A program made the position numbers and the translations under genes. This document shows, in pieces, positions 8,856-18,298 of a stretch of DNA of 64,000 nucleotides (the first letter of the stretch is position 1; every line of letters starts with the position of its first letter). The notes beneath the pieces were generated by a model, which saw nothing but the letters and a program-made list of their open reading frames with translations, made no database searches and was not told the DNA's origin. Origin of the DNA: a virus; the IMG/VR virus record IMGVR_UViG_3300008120_010803, positions 1 to 64,000 of that record; one strand, 5' to 3'.

Positions 8856-11800
8856 ATGCAAAAGAATACAAAGCTTTATGAAGCATACCTGCGTTCAAGA
8901 ATTTCGACATCCAAATGTATGTTGGAGCAAGTAATTTTACACGCTCATCGACTAGATGAAGCCGTATTAGGTAGCCACTACAAAGCTAGTCTGTTTTTTG
9001 GTCCAGACGATGTCAAGTTTCTACAGCAATTTCCAAGAAAGCATTGGATAGATGCGTTGAACCAAAGATATAATAGTGAAGTGCCGGGATTTAATAGTTT
9101 ATATAATTACTTATCTTCTCTACAAGAAAAGAGAGACCCAGCTTTTAAGGAAAGATTTGATGATTATCATCAACAAGAGTTGGAACACTTCAACAGCAAT
9201 CCTGTCTACTCCAACTTGCAGCCCTCGGTCAAGGCACATCTGGCGCACGATCATGCAAGGAATGCTGCCAAGCATTATGCATACAACACCGTGAAGCCGG
9301 AAGATCATCCCGCTCCAGATAAACCTGAGATATTTGAGTTCAGGAAAGGCAAAGGCGTTGAGCGCATTAAAGCAAATCCATATATCAACGAACTTGTGAA
9401 AAAGCTTGAAGGCAACTTCGGGCAAGAAGACGGATACGATTTGATGCATCCTGAAAAGGTTGTAACCAAAAGATATAACGAAAGAACTGGGAAAACTACT
9501 TATGGTTCATTCCTGAAAACAGATGGATTCAGACTTCCCACTAAAGAAACAATTCGTAGAACAATTCAAAACTATTTGAAGTTTATTGGGCAAGGTATTC
9601 TAAAGCTTGATTCCCAAGACTTAGAAGATTCTGTTGATTTGGCAGACAAAGATAAAAATAGAAATCCTGAAGGTCTCAGGGACAACATGACCAGAGACAT
9701 CTTGATAAAAGACCTAGAAAAAAGATATTCTCATTTGCCTAAATCGGAAGCAAAAAGTAACGCAGAAGCAGATTTTAATGAGTTGCTGAAATCAGGCAAA
9801 CTTTCTGGTCCAAAGGGACAAGCCGTTGATTCCGAAGGCATACATGACTTAATCATTCCACATAAGGAAGTAACAATTACTGAAGTGGATAAGAATGGAA
9901 ATGAGATTACAAAAAAAGTAATGAATCCAGTAATTGGTGGTGGACACTTCTTCAGAAGAATCACACAAAAAGAAGCTGATGCTGTTGATGCCGTTTTAGC
10001 TTACGAGCAAAATCCTCAAGCAAATCCGGCCCCTACTGATGATCAAAAAATGATATTCAATGGTATCAAAGACAAACTTCGTGGCTCTCACTACGATATT
10101 CATTCAGAATTGATTGATCCTAATGGAAAGAGAATTGCTGGTTCTGGCAAGATTCGTGCAATCCACATTGATTCATCTCATGAGGGAGGCCTAAGCAGAC
10201 AAGGAGATGCACACGGTTTGGCTGGTGGAATGAATCCTAACCATGATACTGATGCCAAAAAGTTCTTGGGAAGACACAAGGAAAGCCAAGATACATACGA
10301 GAAAAAAATCAATACTTTGTTCAAGCTTTTCAAAATGGATAAAAATGGAAATTATATGCTGGATGAATCTGGAAATAAAATCCCAAATCCAGACGCTGAT
10401 AAAGACGGATCGAAATTAAAAGACGAAATCAGAGCAAACATCAACAGGCAACTAGCTTTCGGTGCAAGCAAAAAAGGTGAAACAGCAATCTATAAGGGAA
10501 CCCTTCCAGAGAGAATGGTTCTTCGTAGTGCCAAGAAACAACTTGTGAACTTGGTTTTCAAAAGAATTTTGGAGAGGCTTGGCGTTGATGGCATGGAACT
10601 TCATGACGCAACCGGCAGGTATTTACGCAAAGAACAAAGTGCTGCTGAAATTAATGACTTATTGCAACAAAATATTGCCGGTCGTGGTAGCCGTAGAACC
10701 AGAAGAGATGCTCCTGTTGATGTAGAGTTAAGTGAAATTGAAGATATTCAAAAATATGCTGCATCTGTTACATGCCCTCCAGAAAAAGATTTTAGAAGAC
10801 TTACGAGCAGCCGATGCGGATTCGCATACAGCTTGGACTCTCTTCTTAAAAGGGCACAAGCTGCTGTTGCACAGGTTGTTGCTACAGCTAATTCATTGAG
10901 CGGTAGCGCAGACATGAGCCATAAAGACATGGCATCTGAACTTCAATCAATTCAAGAGATGTTTGAGGAAGCCTTAGCTTACCTACACTTCTCTTTCTTC
11001 GAGCTTATCAAATGTACTAATTTCTTAGATACATCTAAAAAGATCGATCATTCAACCATTCAAAAAATTGCTGGTAAGCTCTATGGCAAATCTGGCAATG
11101 GATCAGACGGTGATTTCTCTGGTTTCCCGGAGCCTGATAAGGCAAAACAATTCTTCATGCAGAATTTTGCTGGCAAACCTTTCAACAACGATCAATTCCA
11201 TGATTTTGTTAAAGACTTTATGCATGATGATGTGACTATGGCAGATGATCTACAAGCCAACATTAAAGCTAAAGAAGAAACAGATGCTTTCTTGGCCACT
11301 ATTGGCGAAAAATATATGTCTGCTTCTCCCGAAAATGATGAAGATGATTTAAGCAAGAGCCTGATTGGTCACATAAATGAGAAAATCAAGGAGAATGTTG
11401 AAAAGGCTGCTGGTATGATGCAGAAAATTGTTGGAAACACACCCGATGTGACTGTGACAACGGCAGCAACCACACCTTCACCATCTGATATTGTCAAACC
11501 TGCTGGACCTGCTGCTCCGGTTGGACTTGGTGTCATGCAAGAACTGAAACAGCAATTAGATGCCAATCCTTTAAATTATGAAGCGATTGCAAAATCAGTT
11601 GTTGAAAAACTAGGAAAGAAATATCCAGAAGAAACACCTGATGAGATCAAAAATCAAATCGATAATTTGGTAAAAGAAATAACTGCCGAAAATAAAAAGG
11701 CAGATGCAATCATGACTACTAGAACATATACATCTGTTGGAAACCTTAACAAAAAATTGCTTTCCAAACAAAAATTGGAGCAATTACTCAATTCTATTAA

Positions 11801-11888
11801 GACATATTTCAAAGATAATCCCGGATTTATAATTTTGAAGCCAATTATTGACAAGCTAGAAGCCGAGGTAAACGCAAGGACTTCGTGA
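8856..11888 (+). CDS. large hypothetical protein (1010 aa), possible internal virion protein
   Basis: Long ORF with RBS, located among neck genes; no recognisable motif. Confidence 0.6.
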   Translation: MQKNTKLYEAYLRSRISTSKCMLEQVILHAHRLDEAVLGSHYKASLFFGPDDVKFLQQFPRKHWIDALNQRYNSEVPGFNSLYNYLSSLQEKRDPAFKERFDDYHQQELEHFNSNPVYSNLQPSVKAHLAHDHARNAAKHYAYNTVKPEDHPAPDKPEIFEFRKGKGVERIKANPYINELVKKLEGNFGQEDGYDLMHPEKVVTKRYNERTGKTTYGSFLKTDGFRLPTKETIRRTIQNYLKFIGQGILKLDSQDLEDSVDLADKDKNRNPEGLRDNMTRDILIKDLEKRYSHLPKSEAKSNAEADFNELLKSGKLSGPKGQAVDSEGIHDLIIPHKEVTITEVDKNGNEITKKVMNPVIGGGHFFRRITQKEADAVDAVLAYEQNPQANPAPTDDQKMIFNGIKDKLRGSHYDIHSELIDPNGKRIAGSGKIRAIHIDSSHEGGLSRQGDAHGLAGGMNPNHDTDAKKFLGRHKESQDTYEKKINTLFKLFKMDKNGNYMLDESGNKIPNPDADKDGSKLKDEIRANINRQLAFGASKKGETAIYKGTLPERMVLRSAKKQLVNLVFKRILERLGVDGMELHDATGRYLRKEQSAAEINDLLQQNIAGRGSRRTRRDAPVDVELSEIEDIQKYAASVTCPPEKDFRRLTSSRCGFAYSLDSLLKRAQAAVAQVVATANSLSGSADMSHKDMASELQSIQEMFEEALAYLHFSFFELIKCTNFLDTSKKIDHSTIQKIAGKLYGKSGNGSDGDFSGFPEPDKAKQFFMQNFAGKPFNNDQFHDFVKDFMHDDVTMADDLQANIKAKEETDAFLATIGEKYMSASPENDEDDLSKSLIGHINEKIKENVEKAAGMMQKIVGNTPDVTVTTAATTPSPSDIVKPAGPAAPVGLGVMQELKQQLDANPLNYEAIAKSVVEKLGKKYPEETPDEIKNQIDNLVKEITAENKKADAIMTTRTYTSVGNLNKKLLSKQKLEQLLNSIKTYFKDNPGFIILKPIIDKLEAEVNARTS

Positions 11889-12196
11889 TGGAAAATCAGC
11901 AAACAAATCAGTATGTTCATTTTATGATAACTCAAGCTTTAGTTGAATCTCTCAAAGGACTTTTGGGAGATTCAGCTAAAAACTACATGGCGGTCGTTTA
12001 TAAAATATGCTTAGGAGTCAGCACTCAACAAGAGCTTGAAGCAGTTACTCATTTCCTTGGCAAAATTTATGAGGCTGGATATATGAAATCTGTTGACAAT
12101 CACAGACAGGCTTTAGAGCAAATGGGATTTCAATCTGTTGTTGTTCCAAATGTCAATCAAAATTCGGATGGTACTCAGATGGAATGCAGTATATAA
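11885..12196 (+). CDS. hypothetical protein
   Basis: Overlaps upstream stop codon (translational coupling). Confidence 0.65.
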   Translation: MMENQQTNQYVHFMITQALVESLKGLLGDSAKNYMAVVYKICLGVSTQQELEAVTHFLGKIYEAGYMKSVDNHRQALEQMGFQSVVVPNVNQNSDGTQMECSI

Positions 12197-12821
12197 AAAA
12201 TCCTTCTGGGGCATTTTTAACCTGATTAATCTTCCACCATCTTTTTTCTTTGTTTTGTGGGTAAATTATTGAATGTTTTGTGACCTTATCCAGATGTGTC
12301 CAAAATACTAAATTAAAGTCATCTTCATTTATCAAAATAGACTCAAAAGTGAATTTACCAATATATTTTATTTTGGTGCTTCTTTCACCATAAAGGTCAT
12401 CTATTCTCGTTTTAGATTCAGCTTGCATGCAATGCATAATAGTTTTTTTGTAATTTGCTAAGCTAGCATTGACACTTGGAGGCCTTTCTACTGCAAAGTC
12501 TTCAGCAGATTTTTGTGGTTCTGGTTCTTTTATAACAATTGGTTGAGAAACAGTTTCCTTTGGCAGAGCTTCAAGTACAATTGGCTTTGATTGTACTGAT
12601 ATGACTTCTCTATTTTCTTGGTTTAAATTACTGTCCACAACAGTTTTGCCAAGATTTATCTTTTTTTTATTTTTGATAGTTTCTTTATTAGAATTAGCGA
12701 CTGTTTCTTCTTGAAACTGCATGTTGTGTGTTTCAAAATCAGTCCATATATCTTGTTGTACCATAATAGGATTAGGTCTTCTAAGTTGGTATGTAGTCCC
12801 ATCTTTATTTTTTATGACCAT
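12153..12821 (-). CDS. hypothetical protein, C-terminus weakly gp14/head-closure-like
   Basis: RIDDLYGE...KFTFE...WWKI. Confidence 0.45.
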   Translation of the reverse strand: MVIKNKDGTTYQLRRPNPIMVQQDIWTDFETHNMQFQEETVANSNKETIKNKKKINLGKTVVDSNLNQENREVISVQSKPIVLEALPKETVSQPIVIKEPEPQKSAEDFAVERPPSVNASLANYKKTIMHCMQAESKTRIDDLYGERSTKIKYIGKFTFESILINEDDFNLVFWTHLDKVTKHSIIYPQNKEKRWWKINQVKNAPEGFFIYCIPSEYHPNFD

Positions 12822-12863
12822 AATTCTTATATAGTACATAAATAAAGTAGAATCGGAGGAATT

Positions 12864-13283
12864 ATGGCATTAGTTGTACCAGACGAAGCTGAAGTGCAAA
12901 TGTTGATTAGATTAGTGGGTGATATTACATCCTTACCTAGCAGAAATCAAGTGATGAAACTATACACCAGCCCTGCTGGAGATATTCTCGAAAACTTTAC
13001 TGCTGCTTCTTTCACAGAAGCTACTGCTGCTGGTTATGCAGCAGCAACTATGGTCCCTGCCGGTTGGACTGCTGCTACAGTTTCTGGCACTAGCACAGCA
13101 ACATATTCTCCTGATGTAACATTTTCATTTACCGCTGCCGAAACTGTTATGGGATATTATGTTGTGGACACAACTTCCCCCACAGCTGTTCTTTTATGGG
13201 CAGAATCCTTCTCTGGTGGCCCATTTGTTCTTCCTTCAAGCGGTGGACAAATTCAAATCACACCAACTTTATCGCTTGCTTAA
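12864..13283 (+). CDS. small virion structural protein (tail/baseplate-associated)
   Basis: Ala/Thr-rich beta-type composition; RBS GGAG; CATAAATA upstream. Confidence 0.6.
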   Translation: MALVVPDEAEVQMLIRLVGDITSLPSRNQVMKLYTSPAGDILENFTAASFTEATAAGYAAATMVPAGWTAATVSGTSTATYSPDVTFSFTAAETVMGYYVVDTTSPTAVLLWAESFSGGPFVLPSSGGQIQITPTLSLA

Positions 13284-13314
13284 TAAATATAATATTCGAT
13301 ATACAGAGGTAAAC

Positions 13315-15003
13315 ATGAGTATTCAAAGTGGGTTAGGCTTCAAAGAATGGATTGCTGTAATTTCAGAGAGCAGCGATAAATTTGAAGTTTTATTATCTTG
13401 GTACGATTCGGAATTGAAAAAAATGGCTACTGCTATTTTGAATCACAACACACAGCTTGGAAACAATTTTGTAAAATCGTCTCAAGATTTAGCCATAATA
13501 CAAGAATTTAAAGATAAGGGCATTGACGCATTATCTGATAAATTTGATGAAACAAAAGGAAAGTTGGCTGTTGAACTTGGAATTAAAAATATTATAACCA
13601 GAATTAACAAAATAATTAATGAAGACCTTCCGCAATCAACAGACTTAAATGAATTGCTCAACAAAACAAAATTAGCAAATAACGCCCAAAATTTAAAGCA
13701 ATCTTTGTTTGCAAAAGTATTGGCTTACGGTGGAAAATCTGCCTCAAAGCAAGACATCCAAGCAGCACAACAATTAGGTGGAGAAAAAGTTCAATCTCTT
13801 GATGCTACTGGCGGTGACGGTGGACAGGGGCGAGCAGCTGCTGTCGCTTCAAAAGATGGTGATGTTCTGAGTGCCATTATTACAAGAGATGAAAATGCAG
13901 CAAAACAAAAATTAATGGATACGCTTGGACCTATATTTGTAGAGAAAAGCAAGGTTTGTTTTGACCATCTTTACAAACAAACGCAATCTAAGTTAAAAGG
14001 ATTTGATATTAATAATGTCTTTAAAAAACCAGAAGAAGCTGCAAAATATAGAGATTATTCTTATGCGTTTTATTTTTCCGAATACATCAAGGATATGATT
14101 CAAACTCAACCAGATTTATACAAACAAATTATCTGGACTCTTTTGCAAGTTAAACCAGCCCTTCGTGGTGTCGAAGACGAGTCTTTGCAAGCCAAAAAAG
14201 AAAAACAAGAAAAAGGGGCCAGATTTGGAAAACACCAAGTTGGTATCGGTGGTGTAAAGAAAGCTTTCGAGGTACAAAGGGCATCAACTGAAAGACGGGC
14301 AAGAGAAGAGATTATTTCCAAATTCGAAGAATACTGCTATGACGAAGTAGTTACCGATGATAATTTACTAAAAGCAATATCTGCAAGATGTCTTTTCGGA
14401 TTGGTAAAAGGCAAGACTTGCATGACCCCAGTACAAGCTGTTTGTATGTTGCCATCTGATTTCCGTGATGAAATCAATGAAAAGATGAAGCTTGGAGTTG
14501 ATGTCGCAAACCTAGACTGCTCTGCAAAAAATGACTCTGCCAGCATCGTAGCTGCTGCCAACTTGCAACAAAAAAAGGTTGGCATGCTTGGAAAAGTTCC
14601 ATCTATGGAAAAAATAAAAACTCCTGAAGGAACACTTAAAGCCAAGGCTGTTGTTACTTGCGATCAAATTTTAGCGATTACTGGAAATACTGATGATGAG
14701 AAAAAACATAGCTTAGCAGAAAAATTTTTCAGGCCAGATTTTCCAAGCAAAGACTTCATCCAAAAAGTTATTACAAACTTGTTTGATACATGGATTTTTG
14801 GAACAATACTTTCTTCTTTGAAAACAGGTTCTAGAGTTCAATCTTGTGCAGATGCTCCAGAAAGCTGGGAAAAGGCATATACATTAGGCAGAAGATATGA
14901 TGTCCAAACTCATGCAGTTTCCGAATCAACTGGATTTGATAATATAGAAATATTCTATATAGTTCGTGAATTTGTGAGGACATTAGGCAATGATATATCG
15001 TAA
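13315..15003 (+). CDS. hypothetical protein with capsid-targeting-like N-terminus
   Basis: GAGGT RBS before ATG 13315; starts MSIQSGLGFKEWIAVISE. Confidence 0.6.
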   Translation: MSIQSGLGFKEWIAVISESSDKFEVLLSWYDSELKKMATAILNHNTQLGNNFVKSSQDLAIIQEFKDKGIDALSDKFDETKGKLAVELGIKNIITRINKIINEDLPQSTDLNELLNKTKLANNAQNLKQSLFAKVLAYGGKSASKQDIQAAQQLGGEKVQSLDATGGDGGQGRAAAVASKDGDVLSAIITRDENAAKQKLMDTLGPIFVEKSKVCFDHLYKQTQSKLKGFDINNVFKKPEEAAKYRDYSYAFYFSEYIKDMIQTQPDLYKQIIWTLLQVKPALRGVEDESLQAKKEKQEKGARFGKHQVGIGGVKKAFEVQRASTERRAREEIISKFEEYCYDEVVTDDNLLKAISARCLFGLVKGKTCMTPVQAVCMLPSDFRDEINEKMKLGVDVANLDCSAKNDSASIVAAANLQQKKVGMLGKVPSMEKIKTPEGTLKAKAVVTCDQILAITGNTDDEKKHSLAEKFFRPDFPSKDFIQKVITNLFDTWIFGTILSSLKTGSRVQSCADAPESWEKAYTLGRRYDVQTHAVSESTGFDNIEIFYIVREFVRTLGNDIS

Positions 15004-15523
15004 TGACGGTCTGCCTTATTCTCCAACAGGTTCAAGGCAGCAATTTGATGATGGACTACCCGAACACGATTTATTCAATACTTGGGACGAAGAATCGATA
15101 AAGATAGGTGGAACTCCACTTTTCTATCACGAACTTTATATTGATACAAATAATGTTGACCCTATTTATCTTGAAAGTAGGGTCAAGATGTTTAATCCAC
15201 ATCCGGTTCAACTTTATGCGACCTATGAACCAGTTCCAAGTCAAAATATGCAAACAGCATTCGGAATTGATTCTCCAGACGAGATGATTTTCGACCTCAA
15301 TTATAGAGCAGTACTTAGAGATTTAGGCCATGTGCCAAAAATTGGCTCAAGACTTTTCACTCCTTTTTTGAAGGAAAATTGGGTAATTATAGAAAGAAAA
15401 ACAGGTGAATTCAAAATGTATGGAGTTGTTAGGCTTCAACTCATATGTCAGAGATTCCAAGAAGATGATGTTAGTGGCACTTCGGTGAATAAAAGTCCCG
15501 ATGTCGATTTTAAAATTGTTTAA
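14990..15523 (+). CDS. neck protein, T4 gp14-like
   Basis: EESIKIGG..LFYH, DPIYLE, FGIDSPDE. Confidence 0.75.
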   Translation: MIYRNDGLPYSPTGSRQQFDDGLPEHDLFNTWDEESIKIGGTPLFYHELYIDTNNVDPIYLESRVKMFNPHPVQLYATYEPVPSQNMQTAFGIDSPDEMIFDLNYRAVLRDLGHVPKIGSRLFTPFLKENWVIIERKTGEFKMYGVVRLQLICQRFQEDDVSGTSVNKSPDVDFKIV

Positions 15524-15537
15524 GAAAGGTAAACCAA

Positions 15538-16164
15538 ATGAAAAGTTTTTATGAGTTTTATAGAGTTCTACAAGCTAAAAACCTATTTGAACAAGAGATG
15601 GCAGACCCAATGGCAGCTGCATCTGCTGCGCCCCCCGCTCAAGGTGGAGTTCCAGCAGGCGCTGGCATGCCCAACGCTGCTGCTGGAGATATGGCTCCAT
15701 CTGGTGCTCAACAAGCTGCCCCCGCTCAAGGTCAAGAGCAACCAGAAGAAGGTTCAGAAGAAGATCAAAGCAATGTGTCTCCTAGCGAAGGAGAACTCGA
15801 TATGACTTCAGTTGACCAAGCACTTGAGTCTCTTCAAGGAATGGTTGACAACTTCAAGAGCATGGATGAGGAAAAAGGCAACCAAGTTGAAGAACTTGTG
15901 TCTCAATTAAGCAGCCTAATCAAGAGCATGACAGGCGGGGAAGAAGAAGAGCAAGGAGATGAACAAGAGGGAGAAGAACAACCAGAAGATGCTGGCAACG
16001 GTATGTCTCCTGTTCCTCCCGGTGGTGCCGGAATGGAGTCTCCAGAGGGAGCAGGTGATTTAGGTGGTCAAGGTGGCATGCCTGCATCTCCCGGTGAAGG
16101 TACTGCACAGATGGCTACTGGTGGAATGGCTGGTGGTGCAGCAGGTGCTCCTCCCATGGCCTAA
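15538..16164 (+). CDS. acidic Gly/Pro/Ala/Met-rich protein, putative internal head protein
   Basis: MKSFYEFY N-terminus; low complexity. Confidence 0.6.
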   Translation: MKSFYEFYRVLQAKNLFEQEMADPMAAASAAPPAQGGVPAGAGMPNAAAGDMAPSGAQQAAPAQGQEQPEEGSEEDQSNVSPSEGELDMTSVDQALESLQGMVDNFKSMDEEKGNQVEELVSQLSSLIKSMTGGEEEEQGDEQEGEEQPEDAGNGMSPVPPGGAGMESPEGAGDLGGQGGMPASPGEGTAQMATGGMAGGAAGAPPMA

Positions 16165-17051
16165 TAATTGGTGATGATCAATTCTTTGCCAACTTTTTTG
16201 CCAACTTTCTCGTTGTTATCATCCATGTAAATATGGTTCTCTATGGATTTGGCACTTGAGGTTCCACCATAGAACCATGATTCACGATAAAAATTGAATC
16301 TTTTATCTGAAAACAGTTCCCATATCTCTGGTCGGTCATCATAGCTGACACAGATTTTATGGGGACTGTTTTTGCATACATCTGCAAATTTTGCATGATC
16401 TTCAAACTTGAAGTTATTGTCATACAGTTTTAACTTTTCAGGTAATTCAGAATTGACATAATAAGGTGGGTCACAATATATCCAACAGTTTTTATCTGAT
16501 GGCTGCAACAAAAGCTCTTCATAATTTGTACTTGTTATTTTTACATTTTGTAGATGCACAGCTGCTTTTTCTAATAAATCTTTTTTAATTATATTCCAAC
16601 CCTCTGGCTTACTGTAATACATCTGGCATTTGACACCATATCTTACTCTGCCATACCAAACCGTTCTATTCACAAAAAAGTATCTCAATGCCTGATCACA
16701 TGTTTCGTTTTCAGCAAAATATTCAAAAACTTCTTTAAGCCTTTTATTGTAAAGAGCTTTTCCTCCCGGTTTCGTAGCGACTTTTTCTTCATCTGGTTTT
16801 TGTGGTTCTATTTGTCTGCATTTGTTTATGAAATCATCAGGTCTGTCTCTTAGTGCCAAATAAACGGTCATCAAATTTTTATCGATATCATTAATCCATC
16901 TGTTTTCAATTTTATCCATAGCAAAAAAAATTCCACCACCGCCAACAAAAGGCTCACGATATTCATTTATATCATTAGGTTTATATTTAAGAATTCTTTT
17001 TTGTACTGTGGAAACACTTTTTCCACCCGGATATCTAAAAATACTTTTCAT
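16161..17051 (-). CDS. dam: DNA adenine methyltransferase (Dam/D12 class)
   Basis: FRYPGGKS, EPFVGGG, INDID, YCDPPY, ELIITNY. Confidence 0.9.
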   Translation of the reverse strand: MKSIFRYPGGKSVSTVQKRILKYKPNDINEYREPFVGGGGIFFAMDKIENRWINDIDKNLMTVYLALRDRPDDFINKCRQIEPQKPDEEKVATKPGGKALYNKRLKEVFEYFAENETCDQALRYFFVNRTVWYGRVRYGVKCQMYYSKPEGWNIIKKDLLEKAAVHLQNVKITSTNYEELLLQPSDKNCWIYCDPPYYVNSELPEKLKLYDNNFKFEDHAKFADVCKNSPHKICVSYDDRPEIWELFSDKRFNFYRESWFYGGTSSAKSIENHIYMDDNNEKVGKKVGKELIITNY

Positions 17052-17084
17052 TATAATATAAATAAATAAAAGACAGGAATTTTT

Positions 17085-18077
17085 ATGAAGCCAATCGGAC
17101 CAAATGTAAACAGTTATGGAAAATCTTTGAATGATATCAAAGAACAGTCCTTCCAATGGCGTTCAGAAAATATAGACCCACCTCCGGGATATACGAAGAA
17201 ACCACCGGACAATCAAAATAACATGGGGATTCCAGTACCTGAAGACTGGACCACAGATGTATTCACACAAAAAATAGGATTGGGAACAGAAAACAATTGC
17301 GACCCTATGCAAACCGGAGCAATTGTAAATGACTTGAATACACCTAATAGAAACACAATTTATCGATATGCAAAATCTGTCCGTGCTTGTGATGAAGCAG
17401 TAATGGACCTTTTTAGAAATCTTGTGATATTGGATGAGGATGGTAAAGCGCATCCAGTCCCAATCATATGGGCAACTCAAGAAAGAGCGGTTGCTGCTGT
17501 TGTCCAAGAGAATGTTCGTAAAGATGAGACTTTGGTAGTTGACAGAATAAAGCTTCCTATGCTTGCAATCAGCAGCACCGGATATGCAATTGCACCTGCT
17601 AGGTACACATATCATCAGGCGATTAACTGGCTTAATGGTCCTGATGGAAAACCAAATTTTACAGCTTCAGAAAAGTACGAAAGAGATACTGTTTTTGGTG
17701 TCGCTAGAGGAATTCCGTTAGACATCGAATACACCTTGCTTGCTTGGACCATGCACTTAGAAGATATGAATCAGATATTGGAACAAATTGTTACCAAATT
17801 CAGCCCTGTGGCATACATAAAAGTAAGAGGCGTTTTGTGGGAAGTTTCCGTAAAAATAAGTTCGATTGCGAACAACCTGCAAACAGAACCGGGAGATCAA
17901 GCTTTGAGAGTCGTAAAATTTCAATTTGGTTTGACAGCAGAAACATATGTTGCCCAACCGATCAAGAGAGAAAAAGCGGTTCTCAAAACAAGGGTTGATA
18001 TAGTAAATGCTTTGAATGAAGACCAAATCAGTCAAGTTTTACACAGGCTGGAAGATGCGGTTGAGGAACTGAAATGA
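17085..18077 (+). CDS. tail sheath stabiliser/terminator, T4 gp15-like
   Basis: VPIIWATQER, KLPMLAIS, PLDIEYTL..W..LEDMNQILEQI..KFSP; upstream of sheath. Confidence 0.8.
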   Translation: MKPIGPNVNSYGKSLNDIKEQSFQWRSENIDPPPGYTKKPPDNQNNMGIPVPEDWTTDVFTQKIGLGTENNCDPMQTGAIVNDLNTPNRNTIYRYAKSVRACDEAVMDLFRNLVILDEDGKAHPVPIIWATQERAVAAVVQENVRKDETLVVDRIKLPMLAISSTGYAIAPARYTYHQAINWLNGPDGKPNFTASEKYERDTVFGVARGIPLDIEYTLLAWTMHLEDMNQILEQIVTKFSPVAYIKVRGVLWEVSVKISSIANNLQTEPGDQALRVVKFQFGLTAETYVAQPIKREKAVLKTRVDIVNALNEDQISQVLHRLEDAVEELK

Positions 18078-18298
18078 TAGAAATAAAAAACAACAAAAGA
18101 CATCCGATACAACTAATAATCAAGTCTCGACTTGCTCCAAAAAGCTTCACAGTTTTGAACATTCCGGGGATAGGAAACGGAAAAAATATTTTTCATTTAG
18201 AAGAAGAGAGATCAACTGAATATATAGATAGAGCAGAAAAGGCTGGTCTTATATCAACCAGACATTTAAGTATAGGAGACAAACATGGCAATACTTAA
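18074..18298 (+). CDS. small hypothetical protein
   Basis: Overlaps both gp15-like and sheath genes. Confidence 0.65.
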   Translation: MIEIKNNKRHPIQLIIKSRLAPKSFTVLNIPGIGNGKNIFHLEEERSTEYIDRAEKAGLISTRHLSIGDKHGNT

